A stretch of DNA of 64,000 nt from Candidatus Hodarchaeota archaeon (GCA_048887225.1 JBHLJY010000001.1:372371-436370), one strand, 5' to 3'. Shown: positions 1-10,620, numbered from the stretch's first letter. Translations and numbers: made by a program. Notes: generated from the letters alone by a model not told the origin.

Positions 1-30
1 ATCATTTTTTATAAAATTAGGGATTAAAAA

Positions 31-288
31 ATGTCAGAATTGGAAAGAGTTAGAAAAATAATTAAAGCTCACGATTCAACCCCTAAACAATGTCCTTATT
101 GTTTTAGAAAATTAAAACCAAAATTAATTAAATTTTCTAATACTGTAAATTATTATTGTTCAGTTTGTGAACAATTTATCGATATAGAATGGGATTATTT
201 ACACGCTATAGCTGTGCATCTAAAAAAATATTCAGTTTTAAAAAGCGATTTTTCAGGAATGGATCTTAGGAAGACACTCAGGCGATAG
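31..288 (+). CDS. Small hypothetical protein with C4 zinc finger
   Basis: 85 aa ORF with CPYC and CSVC pairs; GGGA upstream. Confidence 0.6.
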   Translation: MSELERVRKIIKAHDSTPKQCPYCFRKLKPKLIKFSNTVNYYCSVCEQFIDIEWDYLHAIAVHLKKYSVLKSDFSGMDLRKTLRR

Positions 289-451
289 ATATAAAAAAAT
301 TCATTATAAAAACTGGATATAATACAAAGAACCATTAGAAAAGTATATAAACTATATTATGTCAATAGTTTGTGAGTTATTGCTATAAAATAGGTTATTA
401 AGATTTCTCTTTTTCATAATTCTCAATATCTTAATGTAATTTTATTAAAAT

Positions 452-1573
452 TTATATAGGGTTACATCCAAAACACCAATCATTTTTATAGGCTTGACAT
501 TCTAGACAATTCCTCCCACAAATGGTGTTTTGGTTATCTACACTAAAAAAATTTATAGGTAAAAATTGAGGCTTTGATATTTCTGAAGAAAAAGTAATTT
601 CAAAGGATTTTATTAATTCTCTTTCCGATAGAACGCAATAATTTAAAAAATTATTTAAATCGTCCAGAGTTTTTCCTATAACACCTATAAAGAGATGAAA
701 TTGCCCTGTAATTTTTGATATCATGTATATCCTAGGGCAATCATAATATTTATTGAGATAATTATTGATATCATTATAATTGTTAAATTCAATCTTAATT
801 TGGGCAAATTTAAGATTAAGGCGGTTAGGATCAATATTAGCTTGGATTTTAAGAAGACCCTTATTTATTAATTTATTAATTCGATTTTTAACTCCAGTAT
901 GACTCATTATTTTCTTTTTAATTTTAATTTCCATACCGATTCGGGTTTGGGTTCCATCAATAAATAATTGGTTTAATATTTGCTTATCAACTTCATCAAT
1001 TATATTATTAGACTTTTTTGTGACTTTTTTTGAATCTTTTAATTTTTTTTCAATTTCTATTCTTTCCTTTTTATCTCTTTTACTTTCCAATCTTAGTTTT
1101 AGAATAGGTGATATATAAGATGCAATTGTTTCTAATAATTCAACTTCTTGTATGTTATAATCAGATTCTTTATTTGCAACTTCTAGAATTCCAATTACTT
1201 TATTTTGGGATTTAATTGGAACCATAATAGCTCTATTCATTGGAATATGCCCTTCTGGAACTTTAAATGGTTCATTGGAATACTTAGTTGTGCCTTCAAT
1301 GATAGCTCTAGCCCACAAGGCTCTACTATTTTCCCAATCTTTACGAGGGAATATAATATCCTTGCCCTCAATTCTGCATTCTTCCATTACATCTCGAGTC
1401 ATTGAAGGACAAATTAAATCACCATTAGTAGCGATATAACCAAAAATTCCATAGCTACTTTTTATTGTATTCATGATTATGTCTAATACGTTGGCATATA
1501 TCTCATATCCCGGATATTTATTAAAGGTGTCAATAATTTTATCTCGAATTTGTAAATCCTTTTCCAAACTCAT
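452..1573 (-). CDS. GAF domain + Lrp/AsnC transcriptional regulator with Cys-rich C-terminus
   Basis: N-terminal GAF-like (PEGHIPMNRAIMVPI..VIGILEVANK); IDEVDKQIL..GVKNRINKL wHTH; RAM domain; CGRNCLEC..WCFGC tail. Confidence 0.8.
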   Translation of the reverse strand: MSLEKDLQIRDKIIDTFNKYPGYEIYANVLDIIMNTIKSSYGIFGYIATNGDLICPSMTRDVMEECRIEGKDIIFPRKDWENSRALWARAIIEGTTKYSNEPFKVPEGHIPMNRAIMVPIKSQNKVIGILEVANKESDYNIQEVELLETIASYISPILKLRLESKRDKKERIEIEKKLKDSKKVTKKSNNIIDEVDKQILNQLFIDGTQTRIGMEIKIKKKIMSHTGVKNRINKLINKGLLKIQANIDPNRLNLKFAQIKIEFNNYNDINNYLNKYYDCPRIYMISKITGQFHLFIGVIGKTLDDLNNFLNYCVLSERELIKSFEITFSSEISKPQFLPINFFSVDNQNTICGRNCLECQAYKNDWCFGCNPI

Positions 1574-1910
1574 TGATTATTATTTTCTCCTCTTTTCTTT
1601 CTAAAATAAGTATTTTTTCTACTTTTTAAATAAATGTTTTATAACTTTAAAGTATAATTTTTGATGTTTATTCTAAACTCAGATTAATTTATAATATTTA
1701 TGATTTTAAGATTTTTAAATATTTTCTAAATTAATTATGATATTGAATGTAATTAAGGAAGAAAGTTTAATAATCCCAGATAAATTATAGAAAAGTTTAA
1801 ATATGAAAGTATTATCTTTTTTTGTAATAAAAAATTTTTAAAAATTTGTCCAAAAATGAAATTTACTATTCATTAATATGGTGATTTGAATTATAAGTAA
1901 AGTCTTAGAA

Positions 1911-2402
1911 ATGGATGATATTGATAGGAATATTATTCAAATAATACAAGAGAATTCAAATCTTACACATACCGAAATTGCAAAAAAAGTTAATAGGAGT
2001 CAACCTACAGTTGGAATGCGAATCCGAAGGCTTGAAAAAGCTGGCATTTTGAAGTTTCAAGCAGGAATAAATTTAAAAACTGCTGATATACTTCTTGCAA
2101 GAGCTGAAATTGTAACAAATAATCCTAAAGAAATAGAACGTATTGTAAAAAATTGTCCTTTTATGATTAATGCATTTCGATTAAGTGGAAATTCAAATAT
2201 TAGCGTTTTTATCGTCGGTTTTAAAATGAGCGAAATTGATAATATTATAAATTGCCATTTTAGAAAGAACCATTATGTAGAGAACATTAGTTTAGATATT
2301 ATTCTTGATATAATAAATGATTTTGTCTTACCTTTCAAGATTAATATCGACTATTGCGAAATTTGTAAAAAGGGGCAATGTTTTTCTAATTTTAAAGAAT
2401 AA
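1911..2402 (+). CDS. Lrp/AsnC family transcriptional regulator
   Basis: MDDIDRNII..THTEIAKKVNRSQPTVGMRIRRLEKAG HTH; C-terminal CEIC..C; start may be ATA at 1893 after GGTGA. Confidence 0.9.
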   Translation: MDDIDRNIIQIIQENSNLTHTEIAKKVNRSQPTVGMRIRRLEKAGILKFQAGINLKTADILLARAEIVTNNPKEIERIVKNCPFMINAFRLSGNSNISVFIVGFKMSEIDNIINCHFRKNHYVENISLDIILDIINDFVLPFKINIDYCEICKKGQCFSNFKE

Positions 2403-2557
2403 ATTATAAAATTCTTTTAATTAAATTATAAATTATTTATGGGAAAAAAAGCCACTATTCTTACATTTAGAGATTAAAATTAAACCTGGGAACTCATAAT
2501 AATTAGTAAAAAATTAAAATTAAATAATATAGATAAACAAATTAATACTAACAAATT

Positions 2558-2572
2558 AAAAAGGTATAAATA
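2558..2572 (+). promoter_or_regulatory. BRE-TATA promoter of trp leader/operon
   Basis: AAAAAGG followed by TATAAATA (2565-2572), ~55 nt upstream of leader ATG. Confidence 0.55.
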
Positions 2573-2626
2573 ACATTTATTAATTATTTTTAATAATATT
2601 CAAAATCAAGTTAATGGAAAAGAAAA

Positions 2627-2698
2627 ATGTTTAGAAAAAATTTAAACCTAAAAGTTCCCTCATCAACTTGGTTTTGGGTTTGGTGTTGGCACGCATAG
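2627..2698 (+). CDS. Trp-rich leader peptide (trpL-like), MFRKNLNLKVPSSTWFWVWCWHA
   Basis: Manual translation ATG 2627 to TAG 2696-2698; TGG codons at 2669, 2675, 2681, 2687; directly upstream of trpD. Confidence 0.85.
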   Translation: MFRKNLNLKVPSSTWFWVWCWHA

Positions 2699-2749
2699 AG
2701 CGTGCGCAATGACTTTATCTATTTAAGAATTTCTTGCTTTTTTCTCTTT
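2684..2749 (+). terminator. Putative attenuator: GC hairpin plus U-rich tract
   Basis: GCACGC(2689-94)-ATAGA-GCGTGC(2700-05), extendable by TTG/CAA; leader stop lies in the loop; TTTCTTGCTTTTTTCTCTTT at 2730-2749. Confidence 0.6.
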
Positions 2750-2872
2750 ATAATTCCTAAAGATTTTAGTTTGAATTATGAAGATTAAAATTGTTTTTTA
2801 AAATATTAGAAATTCCAATTCTATAAAGATTTTAAAATGTTATGTTAAAAAAAAGAAATAAATTGTATAAAA

Positions 2873-3937
2873 ATGTCTGAAGAAAAAATAGTTGAAGGTT
2901 TAAAAAAAATAAGTCAAAATGTTAGCTTGACAATTGAAGAAGCAGAAAATATAATGAGAGATATAATGTCTGGTAAAGTGCAAGACGCTCAATTAGGAGC
3001 ATTTTTAACAGGATTAGCTATGAAGGGAGAGTCTATTGAGGAAATAACAGGCTTTGCTCTAATAATGAGAGAATTTGCAAACCGAATTCAACCTAAAGTA
3101 AACGGCGAGTTATTAGACACATGTGGAACTGGAGGAGATAAAATCAAAACATTTAATATAAGTACAATTTCAGCGTTAGTAGTGGCAGGGGCGGGAGTTC
3201 CTGTAGCAAAACATGGGAATCGTGCTGTAACGAGTAAATGTGGAAGTGCTGATTTGTTAGAGGGATTAGGGGTGAAAATTGATTTACCTCCTGAAGAGGT
3301 TAAGACGTGTATTGAAGATGTAGGGATTGGATTTATGTTTGCGCCTCTATTTCATCCAGCGATGATGTATGCTATGCCTACTAGAAGAGCATTAAAATTA
3401 AGAACAGTATTCAATATACTTGGTCCTTTAACAAATCCCGCTAATGCGAAGTATCATACTTTAGGGGTTTTTGATAAGAGTTTAGCTCCGATTATGGCAA
3501 AAGTTCTCGGAAGCGGTTTAGGCGCAAAACATGTTTATACGATTCATAACTCTTGTGGCATTGATGAATTAGCACCTGTGGGAATTAATTATATAACAGA
3601 ATTTAACAATGGAAATATTGAAACTTATGCTTTGACAAATAAAGATTTTGGAATTGAAGATTGCAATATAAATGATATTTTAGCAGGTAAATCTTTACAG
3701 GAGAATTTAGAAATTGCAGTTAGAATTTTGAAAAATGAACTCAAGGGTTCAAAATTTGATACTGTCTTAATGAATTCAGCTTTAGCCCTTACAAGTGCTG
3801 GTATAGCAAGTGGTATTAAGGAAGGTGTAATACTCGCAAAAAACGCAGTAGAATCTGGAGCTGCTCATAAAAAACTTGAAGATTTAATTAATATATCGGG
3901 CGGAAACCAAGCAAAACTAAACAATTTATTGAAATAG
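2873..3937 (+). CDS. trpD: Anthranilate phosphoribosyltransferase
   Basis: DTCGTGGD, FNIST, KHGNRAVTSKCGSAD motifs. Confidence 0.97.
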   Translation: MSEEKIVEGLKKISQNVSLTIEEAENIMRDIMSGKVQDAQLGAFLTGLAMKGESIEEITGFALIMREFANRIQPKVNGELLDTCGTGGDKIKTFNISTISALVVAGAGVPVAKHGNRAVTSKCGSADLLEGLGVKIDLPPEEVKTCIEDVGIGFMFAPLFHPAMMYAMPTRRALKLRTVFNILGPLTNPANAKYHTLGVFDKSLAPIMAKVLGSGLGAKHVYTIHNSCGIDELAPVGINYITEFNNGNIETYALTNKDFGIEDCNINDILAGKSLQENLEIAVRILKNELKGSKFDTVLMNSALALTSAGIASGIKEGVILAKNAVESGAAHKKLEDLINISGGNQAKLNNLLK

Positions 3938-3938
3938 C

Positions 3939-4745
3939 ATGGAAGGAATGATATCAAATAAAATAAAGGAAATAGTAGAACAACGGCGAAAATCTATTGA
4001 TAAGGATAGAAATTTTAAGTTCACATTAGGAGAGAAGGTGCATAAAGATAATCGACCAACTCTTAGTGAATCTATTGAAAAAGAGTCCGGGATCTCAATT
4101 ATTTCTGAAATCAAGCCAGCTTCGCCAACTCTCGGTAAAATACGTAAAGAATTAGATATAAAAAAGATCGCAAAAGAAATGGAAAGTTCAGGTGTTGTTG
4201 GTTTAAGTGTTTTAACAGAACCTAATTATTTCGATGGTTCATATGAGAATTTGAGACTTGCGATAGAGAACACAAAAATACCATGTTTAATGAAAGACTT
4301 TGTTGTAGATCCTGTTCAAAATATAATTGCGTCTCAGTTGGGCGCAACAAATATATTGATAATTAATTCTATTTGTGATTTAGAAGAAAACTATCACTCT
4401 GCTGTAGATCATGGCCTGGAACCGTTAATAGAAATTCACGAGGTTGAAGAATTACAGGACATTAAGCATTTATTTGATATTGGGTTGAAACCGAAATTAA
4501 TAGGAGTTAATAACCGAAATCTGAAAACGCTTGAAATTAATCTTAATACTTCAAAAGAAATTATTCCCAAATTAAAAGCGGAATTTGGGAATGAAATTGT
4601 TATTGTAAGTGAAAGTGGTGTAAACACGATTGACGACATTAATTTTCTTTTAGAATATCAAGCTGATGCATTCTTAATTGGATCTTCTATAATGCAATCA
4701 GAGAATATAAAAGAAAAAATTTTTTCATTGAGAGGTGTAAATTGA
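3939..4745 (+). CDS. trpC: Indole-3-glycerol phosphate synthase
   Basis: EIKPASP, SVLTEPNYFDGS, KDF, GVNNRNL, SESG. Confidence 0.95.
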   Translation: MEGMISNKIKEIVEQRRKSIDKDRNFKFTLGEKVHKDNRPTLSESIEKESGISIISEIKPASPTLGKIRKELDIKKIAKEMESSGVVGLSVLTEPNYFDGSYENLRLAIENTKIPCLMKDFVVDPVQNIIASQLGATNILIINSICDLEENYHSAVDHGLEPLIEIHEVEELQDIKHLFDIGLKPKLIGVNNRNLKTLEINLNTSKEIIPKLKAEFGNEIVIVSESGVNTIDDINFLLEYQADAFLIGSSIMQSENIKEKIFSLRGVN

Positions 4746-5392
4746 TGGAGTACATTAAAGTTTGTGGCTTAAGAGAAAGTGAACACATTAAATTATGTAT
4801 AGATAATGATGCTAATGCTGTGGGCTTCATTTACAACGTTCCTAGTTCACCGAGGAATTTAGAAAAACCTGAATTATTAAACCTTTTAAAAGGTATTCCT
4901 AAGAAATTATTAACTGTTGTTGTATCTAAACCTAAAGATATCATGGAATTAGAAAATATAATGAATGAAATAGATGTTAATTTATATCAAATTCACAATA
5001 ATTTTGAAGATACTGAAATTGATGATATTCCAACTGATTTAAAAGAAAAAATTGTTTTAGCATTAAAAGTAAATCCTTCCAATAAAAGTAATGTAATTAA
5101 AAAAATAAACAAATATCATGACCAGTTTTATGCATTCTTAATTGATAATAGTGAAGGTCATGGTACTGAATTTAATTTCGATATCGCTAATGATATCATA
5201 AATAATACCGAAGGAGCGAGAATAATAATCGCTGGAGGTATAAATATTAATAATATTGAAAAGATAATTAGAGATTTAAACCCTTTTGGAATCGATGTGA
5301 GTAGTTCTTTAGAATCCAAAAAAGGGGTTAAAGAGCCATTAAAAATTCAAAATTTTTTAAATAAAATAAACGAAATTAAGAAAGAGTTGTGA
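4745..5392 (+). CDS. trpF: Phosphoribosylanthranilate isomerase
   Basis: [23 protein letters not shown]. Confidence 0.95.
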   Translation: MEYIKVCGLRESEHIKLCIDNDANAVGFIYNVPSSPRNLEKPELLNLLKGIPKKLLTVVVSKPKDIMELENIMNEIDVNLYQIHNNFEDTEIDDIPTDLKEKIVLALKVNPSNKSNVIKKINKYHDQFYAFLIDNSEGHGTEFNFDIANDIINNTEGARIIIAGGININNIEKIIRDLNPFGIDVSSSLESKKGVKEPLKIQNFLNKINEIKKEL

Positions 5393-5399
5393 GAGAGAC

Positions 5400-6602
5400 A
5401 TGAAATATAGTGAAAAATATCCCAATGAGTGCGGCAAATTTGGGGATTTCGGAGGGATATTTGCTCCAGAAGTTCTCATGCCAGCGCTAACTGAGCTTGC
5501 TGAAGCTTTTGAAAAATATAGAAATGACTTAAGTTTTAAAAATGAATTTTATCAGATTCTCGAATCATATGGAGGGCGTCCAACACCCTTATTCTATGCT
5601 AAAAAATACAGTGAAGATATAGGATGCAAAGTGTATCTGAAAAGAGAGGATTTAGTACATGGTGGAGCTCATAAATTAAATAATGTAATAGGACAGGCTT
5701 TATTAGCGAAAAAAATGGGAAAAACAAAATTGGTTGCTGAGACTGGCGCTGGACAACATGGATTCGCGACAGCTATTGCTGGTGCTTATTTCGGCATGGA
5801 AACAAAAGTATTTATGGGAGAAGTTGATATTGTTAGGCAAGCGTATAACGTCTATCGAATGCAGCTTCTCGGAGCTGAAGTAATACCCGTAAGCACGGGT
5901 TCCAGAACACTAAAGGATGCAATTAATGATGGACTTAGATATTGGATCACCAATGTTAGAGACACTCACTATTTAATGGGAAGCGTTGTCGGTCCACATC
6001 CCTATCCGCTATTAGTTAGAGAATTCCAAAGAATTATTGGTATTGAAACTAAGAAGCAAATAATAGAATTAGAGGGACGATTACCTAATGCCATTGTTGC
6101 GTGTATAGGTGGTGGAAGTAATGCCATTGGTATAATGTATGATTTCATTGAAAATGAAAATGTCCAGTTAATTGGAGTTGAGGCGGCCGGAGAGGGATTA
6201 GAAACAGGAAAACATTCAATAGCATTAGGATTAGGTCGAAGAGGTGTTTTACATGGATCATTAATGTATTTATTACAAAATGAATATGGTAATATATTGG
6301 AGACTCATTCTATAAGTGCGGGACTAGATTATCCCGGTGTAGGTCCTGAACATTGTTTCTTAAAAGAATTAACTCGCCTTAGAGTGGAAGCCGCAACCGA
6401 CAAAGAGACTTTAGACGCTTTTCAAAAATTATCAGTCTTAGAAGGTATCATTCCAGCATTAGAATCTTCGCATGCCCTTGCATGTCTGGAAAGAATTAAG
6501 GGTGAGTTTAATAAGGATGATATTGTAATAATTAATTTATCTGGCTCAGGATCTAAAGATCTAGACATAATTAAACAGCATATGGAGTTTAAAGTAAAAT
6601 GA
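5400..6602 (+). CDS. trpB: Tryptophan synthase beta chain (TrpB1 type)
   Basis: [15 protein letters not shown] (PLP lysine), [23 protein letters not shown]. Confidence 0.97.
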   Translation: MKYSEKYPNECGKFGDFGGIFAPEVLMPALTELAEAFEKYRNDLSFKNEFYQILESYGGRPTPLFYAKKYSEDIGCKVYLKREDLVHGGAHKLNNVIGQALLAKKMGKTKLVAETGAGQHGFATAIAGAYFGMETKVFMGEVDIVRQAYNVYRMQLLGAEVIPVSTGSRTLKDAINDGLRYWITNVRDTHYLMGSVVGPHPYPLLVREFQRIIGIETKKQIIELEGRLPNAIVACIGGGSNAIGIMYDFIENENVQLIGVEAAGEGLETGKHSIALGLGRRGVLHGSLMYLLQNEYGNILETHSISAGLDYPGVGPEHCFLKELTRLRVEAATDKETLDAFQKLSVLEGIIPALESSHALACLERIKGEFNKDDIVIINLSGSGSKDLDIIKQHMEFKVK

Positions 6603-7438
6603 ATGATTCAAATAGAATTTTGAACCTTTTTAATGATAAGGAAGTAATAAACGAAAAATGTTTTATGCCTTTTCTAGTATGTGGAGATCCTTCAATTGAG
6701 CAGTTCATATCAATGGTTAAAAAGATCGATCCATATATAGATATCCTTGAATTAGGAGTGCCATTTAGCGATCCAATTGCCGATGGTCCCACCGTTCAGG
6801 AGGCAAATATGAGGGCATTTGAAGCGGGAATCAACACAAAAGTAGCTCTTGATACAATCAAGAGAATCAGAACATTTTTTAACAAACCGATTGTTATTTT
6901 AACTTATTATAACATCTTAATCCAAGGATCAGAGACAATCGAAAGTTCTTTGGATAATACCTTAAAATTATGTAAGGAAAGTGGTATAGATGGAATTGTT
7001 ATCGCTGATCTCCCAATTGAAGAAGCAGGATTAGCGTTGAAATATTGTAAAAAACATGACATATCGCTTATATTTTTAATTGCTCCAACAACTACAGACG
7101 ATAGATTAGAAAAAATCTTAAAAGAAGCAAGAGGATTTGTCTATTTAATATCAATCTTAGGTGTTACTGGGGCTCGAGAAAAAGTCGCACAAATCACGAA
7201 AGAAACGATTAAAAGAGTAAAAGAAAAGATCAAATCTAAAATACCAATATTCTTGGGATTTGGTATATCTAAACCTGAGCACGCTTCCACTCTAGTGGAA
7301 CTAGGAGCTGATGGTATTATTATTGGTTCGGCAATAATAGACGTCATTAAGAGAAATTTAAGTGATTTTAATAAAATGGAGCAAGAATTAGTTGAATTTG
7401 TATCAAGTATAAAAAATGCGATAAAGAGGTCGAGTTAA
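6599..7438 (+). CDS. trpA: Tryptophan synthase alpha chain
   Basis: [29 protein letters not shown]. Confidence 0.97.
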   Translation: MNDSNRILNLFNDKEVINEKCFMPFLVCGDPSIEQFISMVKKIDPYIDILELGVPFSDPIADGPTVQEANMRAFEAGINTKVALDTIKRIRTFFNKPIVILTYYNILIQGSETIESSLDNTLKLCKESGIDGIVIADLPIEEAGLALKYCKKHDISLIFLIAPTTTDDRLEKILKEARGFVYLISILGVTGAREKVAQITKETIKRVKEKIKSKIPIFLGFGISKPEHASTLVELGADGIIIGSAIIDVIKRNLSDFNKMEQELVEFVSSIKNAIKRSS

Positions 7439-7440
7439 CT

Positions 7441-8937
7441 ATGGAATTTGATATACATATAGAAAAAATTGGTCATTTGGATAATATTTTTAGTTTTTAT
7501 AAATATTTAGTTAAGAAATATGATTTAAAAAAACATGTTCTATTAGAATCTGCTTCGGAAAACACGAAGGAAACCCTTTACAGCTTTATAGCGTTAGAAC
7601 CCGATTATATGCTGGAAATCAATGAAGATAAATATAAAATTTTCGATATCACTACTGAGCGAGGGGAAAATATTAATGATTACGTAGAATCTAAAGATAT
7701 TTCGGAAGAAAGGCCGCATAATCCACTGCCATTTAAGGACAATGTTGAATATAACATGGTCGCCCTTGATACTCTAAGTTCTCTTACGCCATATTCAAAT
7801 CTGCCTTTCACGGAGTTATTTCCAAGAAATATTTTCTACGGCGGAATGTTAGGTTATATAGGATATGATGTTGTTGCCCCATATGTAGGTTATAAATCTA
7901 CTAGTGAATTTTCTGATATTTTAATGGGATTATATACAAAAGTGCTTGTTTACTCTCATGAATCTAACTTATTATTTATGATCGATAATAGTATCGATGA
8001 TTACTCCCGAGATAAAGAAATTCGTTATCAGTTGAGTTTATTCAAGAGAAATAACAGTTCCGCCGAAAAGAAGGAAATTCCCTTGGATATCGAAGATATT
8101 GATGAATCTGGGTTTAGATCTAATACGTCCAAATCCGCTCACGAGAGAATGGTTGAAAAAACTAAAGAATATATATATGCAGGCGATATAATACAAGCAG
8201 TTATTTCCCGAAGATTATATACTGAGAGTAAGATTGACCCTATGGCTATTTATGAGGTTCTACGGGTTTTAAATCCTTCACAATATATGTATAACTTAAA
8301 TTTTGATGATATTAAAATCATAGGGAGTAGCCCTGAAGCGCTGATTTCTAAGAATAAAGACGTTCTTAATACTGTTCCGATTGCTGGTACAATAAGGAGG
8401 GGCAAGACTCCAGAAGAAGACCTTAAATTGGAAAAAGAATTACTTAATGATCCCAAGGAGCAAGCCGAACATCTCCAATTGGTGGATCTTGGGAGAAATG
8501 ACCTTGCTAAAGTTTCATATCCTGGTTCTGTCGAAACTTATGAATTTATGATAATTCAAAAATATCAAAAAGTTCAGCATATTGTAAGTAAAGTTAGAAG
8601 TAGGACACCTTTAGACGGCTACGAAGTTTTGAAGAGCGTTTTCCCTGCTGGGACGCTCTCTGGTGCGCCTAAACTGAGGGCTATGCAAATAATACAAGAA
8701 TTAGAAACAGAATCGAGGGGCCCCTATGGTGGTGGTGTGGGATATTTCTCGTTTAATGGTGATATGGCGTTTGCCATAGCCATCAGGACTCTATTTGGAA
8801 TGGACGGGACATATTTTGCGCAAGCGGGAGGTGGCATTGTTTCCGATAGCCAGCCTCACGAAGAATACATAGAAACTTACAATAAACTATATAGCGTTCT
8901 AAAATCAATAAAAATAGCGGAGGCCAGAGATAAATGA
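7441..8937 (+). CDS. trpE: Anthranilate synthase component I
   Basis: LLES, GSSPE, PIAGT, AEH..LVDLGRND, FPAGTLSGAPK. Confidence 0.95.
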   Translation: MEFDIHIEKIGHLDNIFSFYKYLVKKYDLKKHVLLESASENTKETLYSFIALEPDYMLEINEDKYKIFDITTERGENINDYVESKDISEERPHNPLPFKDNVEYNMVALDTLSSLTPYSNLPFTELFPRNIFYGGMLGYIGYDVVAPYVGYKSTSEFSDILMGLYTKVLVYSHESNLLFMIDNSIDDYSRDKEIRYQLSLFKRNNSSAEKKEIPLDIEDIDESGFRSNTSKSAHERMVEKTKEYIYAGDIIQAVISRRLYTESKIDPMAIYEVLRVLNPSQYMYNLNFDDIKIIGSSPEALISKNKDVLNTVPIAGTIRRGKTPEEDLKLEKELLNDPKEQAEHLQLVDLGRNDLAKVSYPGSVETYEFMIIQKYQKVQHIVSKVRSRTPLDGYEVLKSVFPAGTLSGAPKLRAMQIIQELETESRGPYGGGVGYFSFNGDMAFAIAIRTLFGMDGTYFAQAGGGIVSDSQPHEEYIETYNKLYSVLKSIKIAEARDK

Positions 8938-9539
8938 AAATTTTATTTATTAACAACTACGACAGTTTTGTGTACAATTTGGTGAATTATTTCTGCCAAG
9001 TAGCACCAGATTCAAATATAATCGTTGAGGATAACAATATCCCAGTTGATAAAGTCAAGAATATGAATATTGATAAGATTGTTATATCTCCTGGTCCAGG
9101 ACATCCTAAGTACGATACAGGCACAGTAATACCCATCATTAAAGAATTTTATTCTAAATTACCAATATTAGGAGTTTGTCTAGGACATCAAGCGCTAGTA
9201 GAAGCATTTGGAGAATTGGAACATCCCGATAATGACATCGAATATGTGGGACTGGCGAAAGTTGGTCCTATGCATGGAAAAATCTCAAAAATATTCCATG
9301 ATCAAGAAACTATTTTTAAAGATATACAAAATCCTCTAATGGGCGTAAGATATCACTCTTTAGCTGCTAAATCAGATTTATTGTCTCAAGATTTAAAAAT
9401 CAGCGCTACTGCAGACGATGGCACTATAATGGGCGTTCGTCACAAACATTACTGTATCGAGGGTATTCAATTTCATCCAGAATCCATTAAAATGAAGCCT
9501 CATGGAATTACAATATTGAAAAACTTTTTAAAACTATAA
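8934..9539 (+). CDS. trpG: Anthranilate synthase component II (glutamine amidotransferase)
   Basis: NNYDSF, SPGPG, GVCLGHQ, RYHSL, QFHPES. Confidence 0.96.
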   Translation: MKILFINNYDSFVYNLVNYFCQVAPDSNIIVEDNNIPVDKVKNMNIDKIVISPGPGHPKYDTGTVIPIIKEFYSKLPILGVCLGHQALVEAFGELEHPDNDIEYVGLAKVGPMHGKISKIFHDQETIFKDIQNPLMGVRYHSLAAKSDLLSQDLKISATADDGTIMGVRHKHYCIEGIQFHPESIKMKPHGITILKNFLKL

Positions 9540-9751
9540 ATTCGGTTAATTAACTTATTATTTTTACCTCACACTTATCCAATAATATGAAAGTAATACT
9601 GAAAATATGTCATACTAAATTATCTTACGATAACTTCAAGGAAATTGTAGAAAAATTAGATAAGGTAAAGACACATTTATTATGAGAATTAATAAAAAAA
9701 TTTGGAATAAAAAGAAATTGTAAAAAGAATTAAGAGATCTTTAATAAATAT

Positions 9752-9937
9752 CTAAAGATCCCTAGCTTTTACGGTTTTTCTCCCATTTGCTTTAGCTCTC
9801 GCAATGGCTTTATCAAGAAGTTTTATAATACTTGCATTTAAACCTCCCTTTTCATCTAATACAGCACCCGCTGTATTACAACCCTTCTTTTTAATGTGTT
9901 CTTTTACTTTAGATTTAACAAAAAGTGCATCAACCAT
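9752..9937 (-). CDS. Short histone-fold protein (non-nucleosomal, face-to-face/DUF1931-like)
   Basis: 61 aa ending AIARAKANGRKTVKARDL; alpha3 truncated; GGAGG RBS. Confidence 0.8.
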   Translation of the reverse strand: MVDALFVKSKVKEHIKKKGCNTAGAVLDEKGGLNASIIKLLDKAIARAKANGRKTVKARDL

Positions 9938-10620
9938 AATTTATTCCTCCTTTTGTAATTAATTTTTAATTTGTATAAGATTTTTTGTTATTAAATTATA
10001 GGATCAAGGATATAAAAACCTTTTCTCACTTCATATTAATTATATAATATCCATAAACCAAAAGGCATATAATAGTCCCAAAAAAGATTTTACAAATGCT
10101 CATTGCTTTTACATTAATGATAATAATAATAATATTAGTTTTGGGAATTTAAAATAATGATATTCCAATAAAAACAAAATAATTTTGCGATCAAAATATT
10201 TCAATATTGAATTATTTTAATATAGAATGATGTTCTCTGTTAAGAGAAGCTCTATAACGAAATTACTAAATTGGATTATAATTTAGAATGTAAATAATCA
10301 ATGAGCCACTAATTAAGAGATTTGAAATAATAAAGAAAAATAAAAGAGAATTCCATTAAATAATGCAAATATTAAACCATTTTTAAAATAAAAATTAAAT
10401 ATAATCATTACTTTATATACTATAGATTTAAAAATGATTCGATATCCTTTTATCTTAATTGTTCAATTAAATATTAAAAATGCGCTTTATATTAATTGAA
10501 CAAGCTCAATAGGTGATTATCTAACTTTAATTTCTCTCCTATAGAGATGATAAAATTTAGAAAGGTGTAGATTACAAATTTAGATGTATTTATTTTATGA
10601 TGTAGAAAGGAGGTGATTGA

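Noticed and set aside
9587-9685. 32-codon ORF after trpG (MKVILKICH...)
   Set aside because: No RBS or recognisable motif; expected by chance.
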